Shown here: piece after piece, positions 43,024-57,180 of the stretch
Layout of the letters: each line of letters opens with the position of its first letter
Position numbering within the stretch: the first letter of the stretch is position 1
Origin: Trichoplax adhaerens
Taxonomy: Eukaryota > Animalia > Placozoa
Length of the DNA stretch: 64,000 nucleotides
Assembly (NCBI RefSeq): GCF_000150275.1
Contig: NW_002060948.1
Span: 4,510,336-4,574,335 of the forward strand
Direction: 5' to 3'
Made by a program: the position numbers and the translations under genes
Notes under the pieces: generated by a model
What the model saw: only the letters and a program-made list of their open reading frames with translations
Told to the model about the DNA's origin: nothing
Databases searched by the model: none

Positions 43024-45020
43024 ACTTCTCTAGCAATAGTCCAAAAAAACCTTTTCATGAATATTGAAGTATCATTATCTTAGAAAGCTGAGAAGAATAT
43101 TAAAAGGAAATCTGATATTTAATACTTTGGGAGATTGCCGTATAGAGACTTTTACGAAGTAACTAATAACAGATCACATTAATCAATAAAATGTTATAAT
43201 TAAGTAAGATAGAAACTGTTGATGTTCAGATATATTTTACGCCTACCAATTTAAGCGGAAATTCTATGATGAATCGCTTTTAGGAATTGCAATCACTAAG
43301 ATAAGTTAAATTTAGTTATAATATTTACAATAAAATTACTATAAGCACCGTTCATTTACGTAGTCATAATATCAATGCTCTGTCTATTTTAAAATTAGTA
43401 CTATGGTAAAATATGAAAATATACGGTACGTTATGTTACATTATCGCATTCGAAACTGATTTTAATAAACTTGAGATATCACTCCTGGTATCATATTCTT
43501 TAACTCATAAAATATTTCCTCTATTGTTCGTATATTATTATTACTAAAGCAGATGTCTATAATGATAAACTAATTTAATCGCCAGAGCTATGACTTTCAA
43601 AAAACAATTTATCTCGTTGCCTTAGTCACAAGGAAGTTATCAGAAATGATTACAATGCTAGTAGAACTAATAATATTAATGATGTTAATGACTATTATAG
43701 GTTTTCAGATGAAGAATTTTATAGCATTATCTACAGGCAGTTTAGGGTACTCGTATCAAATAATTACTGTCGAAATTAATTAAAAATCAACATTAGCAAA
43801 GTCGACTATAAGCTTAACTAATTCTACGCTGCTTCATTTATCTCAATAAATATTGGATTAGATATACGAAAAATCCGACATTTATTTTGCATCGTAGCCA
43901 TCTTTTTGTTAGTCTGAAGTATATAATTTCGCTAGGGGTATTATTGCACTTATATTTATGCTAAGAACAACTGAACATTCCATTTCAATCTACTGTCCTT
44001 TTCTTAGAGGTTCTATTTTCATATTAGTAGCGGAAAGGTAGCTTTTTGTTAATAAATTTTTGATTTTATAGCCGAAAATTGATTATCTTATACGTCGATT
44101 AAAGAACCGAACGAAATTTTATCCCGAGCACGAACTGAATATTTGGCAATTACATAGATTTTACAATAAGAAGACAAAAATCCGAATAACTGTAACTGTA
44201 GATATGTTTATTACACCCCAACGAATTTTATGCTGAATAGACTATACGAGAACTTGCTTAGAGTTTAGGTTATACAAACTGTATATTGTCCCTGTTTAAT
44301 AATGCAAGATTAAGATCGCTATTTTATTTATTCATACTTTAAATATGTATCGTGCAGTGTATCAAGTACACGTAGAATTTAGTAATCAAAAACCTAGAAT
44401 TGACTAGTGATGACACGGATTTAACCAGCCTTTCATTTCGAAACATTAATAATAATACTTTGATTTTTTCCAGTAAGGGATAAATGATTAAAAAATAAGT
44501 CCTAAAATATAAAATATTTATCCTTCGTAATAATTTCAAAACTTCCGAACAATACATAAGCTTACAATTAGAAGAAATTGATTTTGGATTTAAGTGAAAA
44601 TGATAGTAAACCATGTTAAGGCTAATCTCAATTAGCTACTTTATTTTAATATCTTTAAAGGAATGATTCTTAGTTATCATCCTGAAAACAAAATTATTCT
44701 GCTGAAAAAGTTACCATATCCCAGATATACGAGTGTAGAATGTAAAAATTAAAAAATTTTCCCAAAATTTAAGACGTAGGTTGTTTATAAATCAGACTTG
44801 CTACAACACTAAACTGACGCGTATTGTGTTTTAATTGATAACCGCTAATGTAATGAAGTAAGGGTGTGCGATGTAAAAATGCCTAAATAACTATTAGACG
44901 CAAATAATTTATAATCTATCAAATTTCTCATTGTCCATGATTTTATAGCAATTATTACAGTCAAATTTATGGAGAATTTTATTTGATGACTATCTGCTAC
45001 TATAATTTCAAAGTATTTAT

Positions 45021-48000
45021 TTAACTAGTGGCTGGTAGAACATTTTGACCGAACTGACCAACAAAATTACCACGTGGAGAATAATGAGCTACTAAATAGA
45101 CGTTATTTCCAATAATGCTTCGGCCGCAACCTATGTGTGTAGTAGATTTCCATATCAGTTGTGTAAAATGTTTTGCCGCAGAAATGAATGAAGGCGACGA
45201 AAAATCATAGTTAGCGACCTCGCTATACCATATGCCAACCATTTGTGTAACATTAGCGGTAGAAGGATTGGCAAAATCTCCGTGATAGAGATTTTCGCCG
45301 TGAACAGTATCACTTGGATACATACTGCCAGTAGCTATAAGTTGATTTGCCCAAATTTCTGCAGATATTTGGAGCGGAGTTAACCATTGAAGGTCTGGAA
45401 CACCATGTATGCGACGTAATCGGTTGTGCTCGTTCAAGCAGTCTTGCTGATAGGGTAGTAAATTTATTGGAGCTGTAAATTTTGGAATTGAAATGTGTTA
45501 TGTAGGTTGGGTAACAAAGTAACTTTATTACGTTCAGATAATATATCTATAGCGAAATTTTAATCAATCTATTTAATTATTTACCTGAGGTGATAGTATC
45601 TATTCGTAATTGAAGCGTTTACATATGATAAAATTTGATAAAAGATTTTCTTATTAGAATTCAACTAATTCAACTGCGGCTTCCAAACATAATGATTTAA
45701 TTTACTTTGTAGAGCGTCTAATGTATATTAAAAAACTGTTTTGAATACCTGTAGTATAATATGAAGCATTAAATCCACGACCTTGGTTGTAGTTGTCGGA
45801 ATGAAAAACGATTAATAAGCGATTTGAGGAGGACGTTATTGAGGAAGGAATGTAAGTATCACATAAAGACTTTAGTAGTAGACTTTGAGCAGTTTCTCCA
45901 TCGTAAACATTTATCCAGTCTTTGGAACAATTGGACGTAGTTGACGCTTGGATTTCCATAAAGTTCCATACTAATGTAATAACATGATTAGCGGGAGCTC
46001 TGATGAGGTATTGACAATCGATATTCAGTGGGTATAGACCAGGATAGTTAGGACTCATAATAATCCCTGCAGAGGAGTTATAGTCCGCATTGCAGATATC
46101 CACTGACACAGCTGTTACACGTGATAGCACAAACCAGAAGTAAATACCGGGGAAATTAAAAATATCAGTTACTATATAACGTAATCGTAGGTAAATTGAG
46201 AATGAGATAGAATTATATGTTGTATATTTTCAGAATTAAGTACCGATACTACAGTATTTGCAGTATTAGTACTCCGATTTATTTGCAACAGATCCATCAA
46301 TGCAAAGCCGTAATGATATTATTAATATGACATATTCCAAGTTAGATATTCTATCAGTTAGCCGTTCATTTAGCAGAAGCCTAGATATCAGCCTATAACT
46401 AGTCTATTTGAAAAGCACTTACTCTCGTATCGGAAATGAAATCCTTTCATTTCTGTATCCCCATCGGTCGTGAATTCAAAGGTAAGAACAGATCTTGACG
46501 ATAGGATAGAAGGAGGGAATTTTTTACCGCATGCTTTCAGTAGTCGTGCAGCACTCATATGACTGTCATCATATATTGAAATGAAGTCGTACATACAACC
46601 ATTGGAAGGTTCTAACTCGAAATCTATCCAATTAATTTTCAAGCGTTGATTTGATGAAGTAAATATTTTAAATACGCAAAAGCTGAAGGTAGAATATTTT
46701 AACGGATATCCTGGACTTTTTATTTCCCCAGATGTTTGATGAATATTGGTTCCGCAAATAGCAGATGATGCAGTTGGAACTAGCGTCGGATCAGAAGTAA
46801 CAGGAACTGTTAAAAAACATGAATCAAAGACGTTGAAGATTTTAGTCCAGTTGCAAATACGTACAGAAGTAAAAATTAGTGTCATTTATGCCTATAAATC
46901 ACGCCATGAATAAAATAAGAATCACATATTAGTACAGATGTGGTAATCTTCTGAAGTGAATGCATGCAAATAACTATTCTCTATACTATTGTTCATATTT
47001 CATTCTTGATAGCAGCTTTTAAATGCAATTTTAACATTTCTATGTTTTTCTTATAACCTTTTGTCACATTGTAGCAATTTACCTCCCACATAATTTGCTA
47101 GAAAACCTTTTCTGGTTTCACTTTCATCGGTATGAAACTGTAAGATAAGAGTATTTTCTGTTGATGCTATTGCATTTGGAGGGGGTGTTCGTTCGCAAAA
47201 TCTGCCCAATTTTGTCTGATTACTACGACCAACAACATCATATATAGTCAGACTATCGAATCCACATTGATAATCATCTTCGATAGCAAAATCTTGCCAT
47301 GTTAAATTTATTTTGTAATTCGATGGAAGTTGAATTGTCATGTTACAATCTAATAAATTATCGTAATTGGATGGATAATTTTTACTGGCAATAGCGCCAC
47401 TAATTGATGTAAATATTCTATTGCAGTAACCTATAACGATACAATAATTTCGTATTATTTCATCTGACATAATTGTGATTAGTATAAAATACGAAAAACT
47501 TACTTGCTGTCGTTAATGTTTCACAATTAATTCCAGAAAAATTAGGAATACAATGACAAGTGTAGCCGGTGGTATAATTATACTCACAGGTACCGCCATT
47601 TTGACATGGATTTGAATTACACGGAGGTGATACTATTTATACAATAAGAATTGAAATCAGAAAGTTCAAATTTGGCATTGAATTTCAGAAATTAAATAGC
47701 AGTGAAATTAAAAAGAGTAGTATCATTGAGAGCGTTTGAAATTTTTAAGAGCATGTATACTTGCTACGGTCATCACGGGAAATGGTCAATCACGGAAATT
47801 ATATTTAAATCTTCAGTTTTTACTATTTTTATATCATCCTATGTGGTGAAAAGTTTCACTTCAAATGATATAACTTCCATTTGCATCTTTAGCTACTCTA
47901 AAGTAATATGAAAGATATCCAAAATAATTACTAGTATACGTGTAAGCTTACATTTATCGTAAATCTGTAATTTGACAGGCAAAACGTGTTGTTCAAGACA

Positions 48001-51000
48001 CAAAACTTCTAGTCCATAAGATCGATTCATATACGATTGATGCAATACGCTAATGCTATACTAAGGCATAAAAACTTAAATCTTAATGGCCTTAAAGAAG
48101 ACAATGCATATGAAAGTCATATTATTTAATGTGGGATTTTTCATCGTATAAGTTGATATAAAAAGCATAAGCAGCTTAAAGTTCAAATATGATTCCCGTG
48201 ATTGACCGTAACATATGCGATTACATATTCATTACCTTAAAACTTTGGGGTTTGGACTAGAAAGTAACTTTATTGATTGATATTTTCTTACCAGTTGAAT
48301 AATGGAGCTCAAAACCTTTTGCAGTTACTGATGTATCGGACAAGAACGAAACGATAACTTGATTAGACATGGAATATTGAAAACTAGGTAAAGCAGTTCC
48401 GCAAAGGGGAGGAAAAGTTATCGTCGTTCCATTGCTATTTTTATCGAAAATTGTCAACGAATCGTATGGGCAGTTTGGTTCATATTCCAAATCGAAATGC
48501 TTCCAGTTTAATTTCACCACAGAATTTGGATCAACTAGGATGGTATAGCTGCAGTCATTGTTGTTTGGATAATTGCTTGGATAATTCTGACTTGAAATTA
48601 TACCAGTAGGTGTTAAAAATGTGGTATCACAACTACTCCCTACTTGATCATCAAAATAAAAGTAATTGAGGTTATCATCAATGTTATATTACTTTAGACT
48701 ATTTTAAATTAAGATTACTTTATATCGAATTGATAGTGTACCCGATTTCGTATTTGCTTTTTGAATACATAATGATAAGAAGCATCTTTTATTTTGTAAA
48801 CTACTTCCAGCACATTCTTTTCCGCCATTGGATGGAGGTGGGCTAGTACAGCTTCTAGATCGTTGTCTGACACCAAATCCACAACTTGCGCTGCATTTTG
48901 TCCATCTTGACCACTTGCTCCATTGTCCATCTGTACTTGAAGATTCGTATGCCCCAAGTATAGAGAAGATGCGATTCCAATAAATTTATGAACTAATTGC
49001 GGTTATAAGCGCTCATGCATATATTGTTGTTTAATTAAAATGAATTAATTTAAGTCGTACCATTCATATCTATCGGTCGATAGACTAGTTTGAATCCAAG
49101 CCTTTCAATTGAATCATCGGTAGCAAAATGGAGTAAGGCGGTATTGTGCGATGTAATAATCGAGTCAGGAATTTGATTTCCACAATAACTTCCAATTAAT
49201 TTGGATCTGGTAGATGCACCATCGTATATGTTTAAATAATCAGCTGAACATTCTGTATCATATTTCTCGATATCAATTGATTGAAAATCAATTTTGATTT
49301 TATAACCACGTGGAACTTCTAAAGTTTCTAACCAATCTATGTTTCGGTAATATTTTTTGGTAATAGGATCAATTGGACTGTGAATAGTAACCGTTGAGCC
49401 TAGGAAAACAAACAGAAACAAGAATGTACCAAATTTGATAGAAAGGATCAGTCGATATAAACAATTGAGGTACTTACCCACACATGGAATTGTTGCCCCA
49501 CATTCTTCCGATTGTAATTCTTCCCCTTGGCAATCCTTGCCATTACGCTGACGTGGAGGATTACTACAAGTTCTGCGACGAATACGTCTACCTCCTTTAC
49601 CACAAGATCGCGAACAAGATGACCAATTTTCCCATGATGACCATACCCCATCCATATCTATTGGTTTCCAAAGCATTGATTAACAGACGAAAGTCCGATT
49701 AAGATCAGATAATGGCTATCAATTATGATTATTTTGCCTCTAATGCAAATGTATTCTTTTAATTGGATTGAATATAATTATGATTAGTTATTGTGGCAAA
49801 AAAAATATCCTGGCAAAGAGCTAAATTTTCTTATGGACTATCTAAATTGCTTCAATAACCCACCTGGGCATTCGCTATAAGAGCAATTGACTGTCTTATA
49901 CCAGGGTTCGTTACTGCAACCGGATATGTTGAGACAGAATCGATAAATAACCTTACGGCATTTGAAATCACACGCTTTGTAATATTGCCAATCACTCCAT
50001 CCTTGCGTGTCATTGACTGTTCATTTATTAAAATAAAAGTTCAGTATAGAACCAAAAGAAATATAATACTGCAAATTGGTGTAAAATTTAATTGCGTTTG
50101 ATATACACTATGCACATATTAAATTAGCTTTTTATGCAAATATTGTCGCTATTTGAAAAGAGTCTACAAAGAAGTTAAATAACTATGTGTAATGAACTAC
50201 AGAATTCTGGTAGCGGTAACTGCGCCTACGGCACTCAATTGGTAGAATATAAGTATTGGCTGACTTAGATTCTAAATCATAAAGAGAAAAATGGATATAA
50301 AATTTTAGGAGGGCATGTTCAGTTTACGTTTCATATCGGTAACTTGAAATAATTTTGCCACTTATTCCGTGATTTCAAATTTTTAGTTCATTTCAACTTT
50401 GTTTACTTATGTCGATAATATTATTTATAGACTAAGGTAACGTTTTCAATACTAGCTATTTGATCACTTTGTAATTCAATAGCACTACTATGAACATGAA
50501 ATCTATTTGTAAATTTCTCTTATACTTGTCGTTAATAAGCGCTAATACTCTGCCAGCTTTTATTCCAATTATGGTTGAGCGGTATTTATGGGGTACTATG
50601 CATGTAATATCTTATTACGGAAAAAATGGCTTACCATTGCATGCATATAAGGTTTTAACTTTGTCAACATCTCCTGAACTCAAGCCATTTCGTTGTCCAA
50701 TTTTGACAAAACCAGGATCCCTTAATGGCTCCATAGTTTTATGCCCATTTTTACTATAAGCATATAGTTCATAATGCATGATGGAACCATAATCATATGG
50801 TTTATTTAAGCTGTCAACTTCACCGCGAGTGTNTTTTCGAAGTTCACCTCTTGCCCTAAAATATAAAANNNNNNNNNNNNNNNNNNNNNNNNNNNNNNNN
50901 NNNNNNNNNNNNNNNNNNNNNNNNNNNNNNNNNNNNNNNNNNNNNNNNNNNNNNNNNNNNNNNNNNNNNNNNNNNNNNNNNNNNNNNNNNNNNGTCAGAC

Positions 51001-53232
51001 GCGATTGTTCATGCCAAAATCCGATTACATGAAGTAATTCATGCATAAGGTTGCCACGTTTGCATGAGCCATCACTTCCAACACCAAGTATTTGTCTTCC
51101 ACCGATTCGTCCAATATGGGAATAGCAACTGCAATAAGCCAATAACAAGCATACTTGTATATTATCACTTTCTGTATTACTTTACCAGTAAATCAAATAT
51201 CTTCAGCGCTTGTTATATTTCCTTTCGATATATCATTCAAATATTTTGGCCGTTATAAAGTAAAGCTAAGAAATCGCTTCTACCTTAATGATCCTTGAAA
51301 TAGTACATAATCCTCTTCGCGTTCCAGAGGTTTAAATCTTAAACAAGATTTCGCTTCAATATCTAAGATAGCTTGTATTAAGTTTAGTTTTGTTGGGTCA
51401 TCTGTATAAGAGAAGTCGATGCGTTACGATGACATAAATACGGTAATAAAATTGTCATTGTTGAGAAAGTAAAAGCAATATTATTGCACGATTTTGAGGC
51501 TGCTGTTTTATTTTAATTACATAACTGCATCATTAATGCGTAAAATTCTATTTTAAAAGATTCATCTTAGTGTATTCTACACACTACTAATCCTAAACAC
51601 TTAATATAGTAAGAAGTGCTACTGCTCACCAACTGTTTTATCAATTATATAAGGGATAAATCTTTTATTCCACAGGCCGGTTACGTCTTGTATCATCGAT
51701 CTTAAGCTGCGGCTATTTTTATTCTCATTTAGCGGATCAGCATTTACGATATGCTGAACTGTGGGTGTAAGTATGATATCGCCTTCAAAGAGTTCTGGTT
51801 CTTTTTCTACGTATTTTATAAGGTTGGTGGTAAAATTTTAATAAAAACTATATTTAGTTTGTAATTAAATGAAATTATAAAAATTAAGAGAATTTGGTCC
51901 ACATCATCGGCTTTATTTTACAAACTCGTATTTTATTTCTTATGCTTTATTTTACCTTTATGGTTGTCGTAAGTTTCCTGTTTCGCCGCAAGACTACCTT
52001 GGGAATTGTGATTAACTTTCTGATTAATTTCTAAGTAGTTGTTATAGTTTTGGTTAATTTACCTATATTTCAATTTCTTTAGTGATAGCAAGCTTCAAAA
52101 CTACCTCAGTCTTTCAACTATATCATATTTAATTCAAGAATAATTCAAAACGTAATAGCGTTATAAATTACTAACCTTTAACAGACTTTTGCTGCACAGA
52201 GGTCTGCTTTGCTATATTTTTAACCCCTTTCTTACTTAACGACTCAATCATTAATTCACTTTTTATCTCTTCAACGAGTTCAGTTTTATCTTCTACCGCA
52301 AAGCACTTTAAATTAATATCATCTTTACAAGGAACTATTATTTTTTCAAGATATACTTAGTTAAGAAACGAGTGCCGATACTCTACCTGATTTTACTAGT
52401 TTTTTTTGGGATAGTAATTTCATCAAGTTTTCCTCATGTTCTTCTTTACCTGATCGAAAATATTATAAAAAACCTTCCAATTAGAAATTTAATTTTGTAA
52501 TTTTTGAAATAGTATGTGAAATTTAAAGTTTAAAAAGAGCTAGACATAAATAAGATATGAATATTTTATTTATTTTATTCTAAGATTATAGCTAATGTTC
52601 TATCCTCTGATCTCAACTGATGAATTATGTCCATAGCCGACCTCTTTTTGAGTCTTTAGCAGCTGTATTTTCTCTTCTAACAAGCTTATCTGCATCTAGA
52701 GCTAATGCCATAAAATGTCATATCAGAGGCAAAGAAACTAAGTTGTAGTAGTATAATTCTGAGCAACAAATCTATAGTTAGTTATTATAGGAGTAATGAG
52801 AGTATTACGCTGTTGCAGAAAATGAAATAATGATTATTTACATTAGTTACCTCTATAGTTCTCATGCTTTAATAATAGCTTTTCTAATCCACTTTCACTT
52901 TCCAGTTCTAATTAAAAAGTGAAGGCAAAATAGATCAAATAATTTAACAGAATCGTATCATTAATAATAACTTGAAAGCTAGAGACTATGATATCTTATT
53001 TAATTGCTAACTCATAAAGACTAGCAATATTATCGTTGCTAGAATTCAATCGACATTAGATATCAAAGATTTCTAGCCATCCCTATAAATACTCTACATG
53101 TAGATATTAATTAACCGAAGTAAGAGTTATCAAGCTCTGGAATTGTAAAATAAACACTGTTTGATGGAATTTAGCTCTTGTCCTTCTTACTTTTAATTAA
53201 TTCTGATAAGCCAATTTCCGCATTACTTCCTT
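45021..53232 (-). CDS. Astacin (M12A) zinc metalloprotease with TSP1 x3, CUB x5, EGF and a C-terminal CAP/SCP domain
   Basis: Prodomain mini-exons 53232-51955. FEGDI aspartate switch and RSLR furin site (51807-51630). [15 protein letters not shown] zinc motif (about 51044-51000) and SIMHY Met-turn (about 50785). Then: degenerate TSP1 (50015-49863), TSP1 (49657-49477), CUB (49399-49060), TSP1 (48930-48742), CUB (48640-48291), [15 protein letters not shown]...[11 protein letters not shown] (47632-47503), CUBs (47430-47083, 46808-46420, 46113-45749) and CAP (45473-45021: [32 protein letters not shown]). The domain-exon junctions checked are phase 1. No signal-peptide exon was found, and an assembly gap lies inside the catalytic domain. 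Confidence 0.9.
50869..50993. other. Assembly gap inside the astacin catalytic domain
   Basis: Run of N (plus a single N at 50833). Confidence 1.
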
Positions 53233-53809
53233 CTAGATATAATGCAAATCAAACTGATCTCAATAAAAACATGAAAATATTAAAGCTCTTATTCCTTCCA
53301 GTTAGTGATGTAAGGAAATCAAAATAATGAAATCCATTACTTAAACTAGACTGGTAATGAAAATTTCCTCAAGATACGCATATACTATCGGTAATCGAAG
53401 CAATTTCCTATTGATACTATGTCCGGATAGCAAGAAAGAAAATAGCTTACAACTAAGGCTACAGTAAATGTTGGCTTACAGTAAATACCGTACTCTTTTG
53501 AAAATTATCTTTCCAGAAGTCGATAAACAATTGTACTATTAGTATAGAAATTAAACATTATCTAGTCGTAGATTACTTTATCTATTCTAAACCTAGATAT
53601 TATTGTTAAATTGTAGTAGAAATAGCTATCTTTTTTATAGCTGTATCAATTGAATCATTGTGCAATTCAAATTGGATAAAAGGCATTTTTTCTGAGGATA
53701 CCATTACTACCTGATTTCGTAAATTTTTGAATTAGACTTGATTGATGAACCACTTTTTTCGAACGGGAAAGCTTTAACGAGTAAGATTCACCATCTCTAT
53801 CACCTATAA

Positions 53810-56800
53810 TCTAAGAAATATTTCACAATAACGCATTAAAGCGTTAGAACTGAAACAGCTATCGACATCATTTGATACGATCGATCTGTGCGTTTGACCA
53901 AGTAAAGGAACATTTAGCAATCTTAGCTGAAGAAAAATAATTCTTTAGTTTCAATTACAACTTCTAGCCATTAAATATGAATTTTGCTATCTAGATTATA
54001 GAAATAGAGTCCGGCTTTTACCAGTTTGAATACTTTACTGTCCTATTAAACTGGAGCTAGGGCACGTGCCAATGTTATATTCATTACATATTCTGACTAA
54101 AAGATCTTACAAGACACCGAAATGCACACTAATTCTGCTAGGCAATAAACGCGATATAGAAGCGATTTAGTGTAGAGGTCTAATTAAAATGGTTGTTCTA
54201 TGTTATTGTAATATTAGCAAATATAGTATATTATTTCCATAAGACTTTAAGTATGATGACTCATTTATTAAGAATATTTTTAAGTATTCTTAAACCAGTT
54301 AATAAGAATCACTGTAAGAATCTGTTACTGGTATTGGAAGATTTAAAGTGGGAATTTGTAAATTAGGTGTACAGGGTAAAATAATGCGTATCAAGGCCCT
54401 AATTTACAATATTACCATAGAATACCAATTTGATTGGCATTTCAGTATAGGATCTCATTCATAACGTTACTTCTGAATATTTGTAAAAAATTTATTAGAA
54501 TCATTGCAGGATAAAGATTAGAAAGATTATGAATCATTCTAGAAATTCTATTACAGTGCAAAGGGTATGGCAATGTAAAGACCACTAAGTGTTGCACGAG
54601 ATTAGGATGGCCTTAATTCTACAACTATTACATGTTTGCTTGATGGTATAACGAAGAAGCTTTCAAAGTCTTCATATACTTTTCTTATCACCCGAAAATT
54701 GATGCTATACCTTAGCATTCACATTTTAACAATCATTGCGATAGCTTCTGCTAAGCTACTATTGAGTTGAGATAACTTTTACTTTGTTAGGAAAGTATGC
54801 GCGTATTATCAGTTGTAGTCAGCATTAAGAGGTTCATACGTGTAGTGCTATTAGTATAAGTATCTGCCAAATTAAAAAGAGGTTCAAATGACGGCTTTTT
54901 ACTTTAAATTTGTCATTTAAAAACGAACCAAGTAATGACTTGTTCTCCATTCGACTAAGGAGTATACTTTTACATTTTCCTCAGAAATATCAGTCAGCAA
55001 TTCAATACTCAAATCTGCTCATTCTGCTCGACTTAAAAAGGATGAAGATTTGATCCTTAAATTGATATTCTATTATATGGTCTGCTGCTAGTTTAAATAA
55101 ACGGATATATCGATTTAGGTGAGGGCTGGATAAATTCTTACCAATGTGCTACGGTAGCATTACGATAAATGATAATGTTAAATCTCTCAGTTTTTAAATT
55201 TTATTATCAAAAAGTATAACCTCTGCATGGCTAATTATATGTATATTTAACTTTAACAAAGAATGTCGATATGCTAATTTTAACATTGCAACTGAGCAAA
55301 GCTTTACAGTATTGGAAAATATGATATTGTCAGAAGTTCAGGATGTATTGGAATGACATAAGCTAGACATGAATTACCAGAAATATTCCGGGATCTGTAT
55401 GAAGCTTCTATTGAATTATGGGAATTACAAACAAGTTCGAAGATTGCATCATCTTTGCTTCGATCATTGATAAATTTAGCAGTTTATGCAATTATAATTT
55501 ATCGCCTACTAATGAATTTAAATACTATTCACAATATTTGTTACATACGTGTACCATATATAAGTATCGCGGCTGGAGAAATTACTAGAGAAAGCTATAT
55601 TTAACAATATATTTTCTTGAGAAGAAATTGAGCTAATTCAAATACATGCTTTTTATGCATGAGATGGCAAAGCCAAGAATTACCTAAAAATTTAACTTAC
55701 ATTTGATGAAATTTGTCCACTGACGAGTAAAATAACGAATAAAGTAGGGCCAGCAAAATGATATCGTAACGGCATCATAATTCAGCTTGGATGGACCGCC
55801 GTGCGTTAGAAAATTATATCCAAAGGCTAAATATATCGATTGGAACGTGTGACAGTGTTAAATACTGTATTAGAGTAGAAATATCTATTTTAGGATAATC
55901 CTGTTAGCCTATCCTTATTTAGTTAACTTCTAATTTTTATATACTGTGTTTTAATATAGCACTGACTTTTTATGACAGTGACACTTATGCACATACTGAA
56001 ATTAATAGTTATAATAGGGAATGCAAATCATCTACTTACCGTTCGAATCATTGTGATTGTAATTTACTTATGGTAGATCGTAAATTATCACGAAAATGTT
56101 CCGTGATAGGACATATCGTAATCTGACTATTCTGTATTAGTCATTACATGTCTATGTTCGTAAATACTGTTGTCTGCATTAAGGGAGCAGTAGCTAAATT
56201 AATTAATATCTAATTCAGTAAATGATTCCAATGTTAATTGTATTAGCTGTGTGTGATATATACCAATCACGAAATTCCAAATTTTAGAAAAATAAGGGCT
56301 TTTATTGCATCTTATACAAAGATTAACTACACACAGCTCTACTTTAGCCGAATACTACTACTAAAGACTTCTACAACGAACTAACAGAATAATCTAAAGT
56401 TGCATGCTTTCATACTTTCCGTAGCATTCGCAGCTACAATCCGCATGGCAACCTTTTACCTTATTTTACACATAGTTAAATTATTCTTAGTAAGACTATT
56501 CTACTGCGGACCATCATTAATCCAATATGGATACGACTACAGTACTTACGTAGACATTATTCACACCAGCCAAAGTACAATGAATTAACCATATCCTAAT
56601 ATATGATTTACAGTTCTATTTTTACCTATAGCCATATTAGTAACTCAACAGCTTACTGTATATAGTCATCTGTACTCTAGCATAGAGTTTCTACCACTAC
56701 AGTCTATAGTTACAGCTACCAAATATCTCTTAGGATAAACATCTACCGTACATTATACTACACATGGCTAACAGTCTACAATCACAATACTAAGTTATAT

Positions 56801-57180
56801 TACACTGTGACTCATGAACTATTAAGGAATAGTATATAAATGCAGTATATCGTGAAATAAATAGGATTCTGAAACTTAGTGTTTAACGTAAAATACGAGG
56901 CGTTTAAGTCTTTATTGAGGAATAGTATATAAATGCAGTATATCGTGTAATAAAGTGGATTCTCAAACTAAGTGTTTAACGTAAAATACGAGGCGTCTAA
57001 GTCTTTGTGTAGTCTGCTAGTAGAGCAAAAGTGTTTCTGATAGTGCAGATATCGTTCCTTGATACGTGGTTCAAGGAATTGACTTATTGATCGTACATTA
57101 AGTTATCTTGTTGCAAAGCTGTTTTGTGACGGAACGCAATTGAAGTAATGTAAGGAATACTTATATAATACTGGCTACAA
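53810..57180 (-). pseudogene. Left arm of an inverted duplication; heavily decayed copy of a Cys-rich multi-pass membrane protein gene
   Basis: Its reverse complement aligns in colinear blocks with 58340-61680: 54792-54824 vs 60650-60682; 55768 vs 59337; 56101-56129 vs 58765-58793; 56950-57009 vs 58601-58665; 57102-57133 vs 58517-58551. Residual peptides include LQLIIRAYFP, LSGLYIAIP and VMNITLA. Confidence 0.55.
56821..57006 (+). repeat. Tandem duplication, 2 x 93 bp
   Basis: 56821-56913 and 56914-57006 are near-identical (AGGAATAGTATATAAATGCAGTATATCGTG...AGTGTTTAACGTAAAATACGAGGCGTyTAAGTCTTT). Confidence 0.95.

Noticed and set aside
56821-57006. CRISPR-like array
   Set aside because: Only two adjacent 93-bp units with no spacers, in a eukaryotic context.
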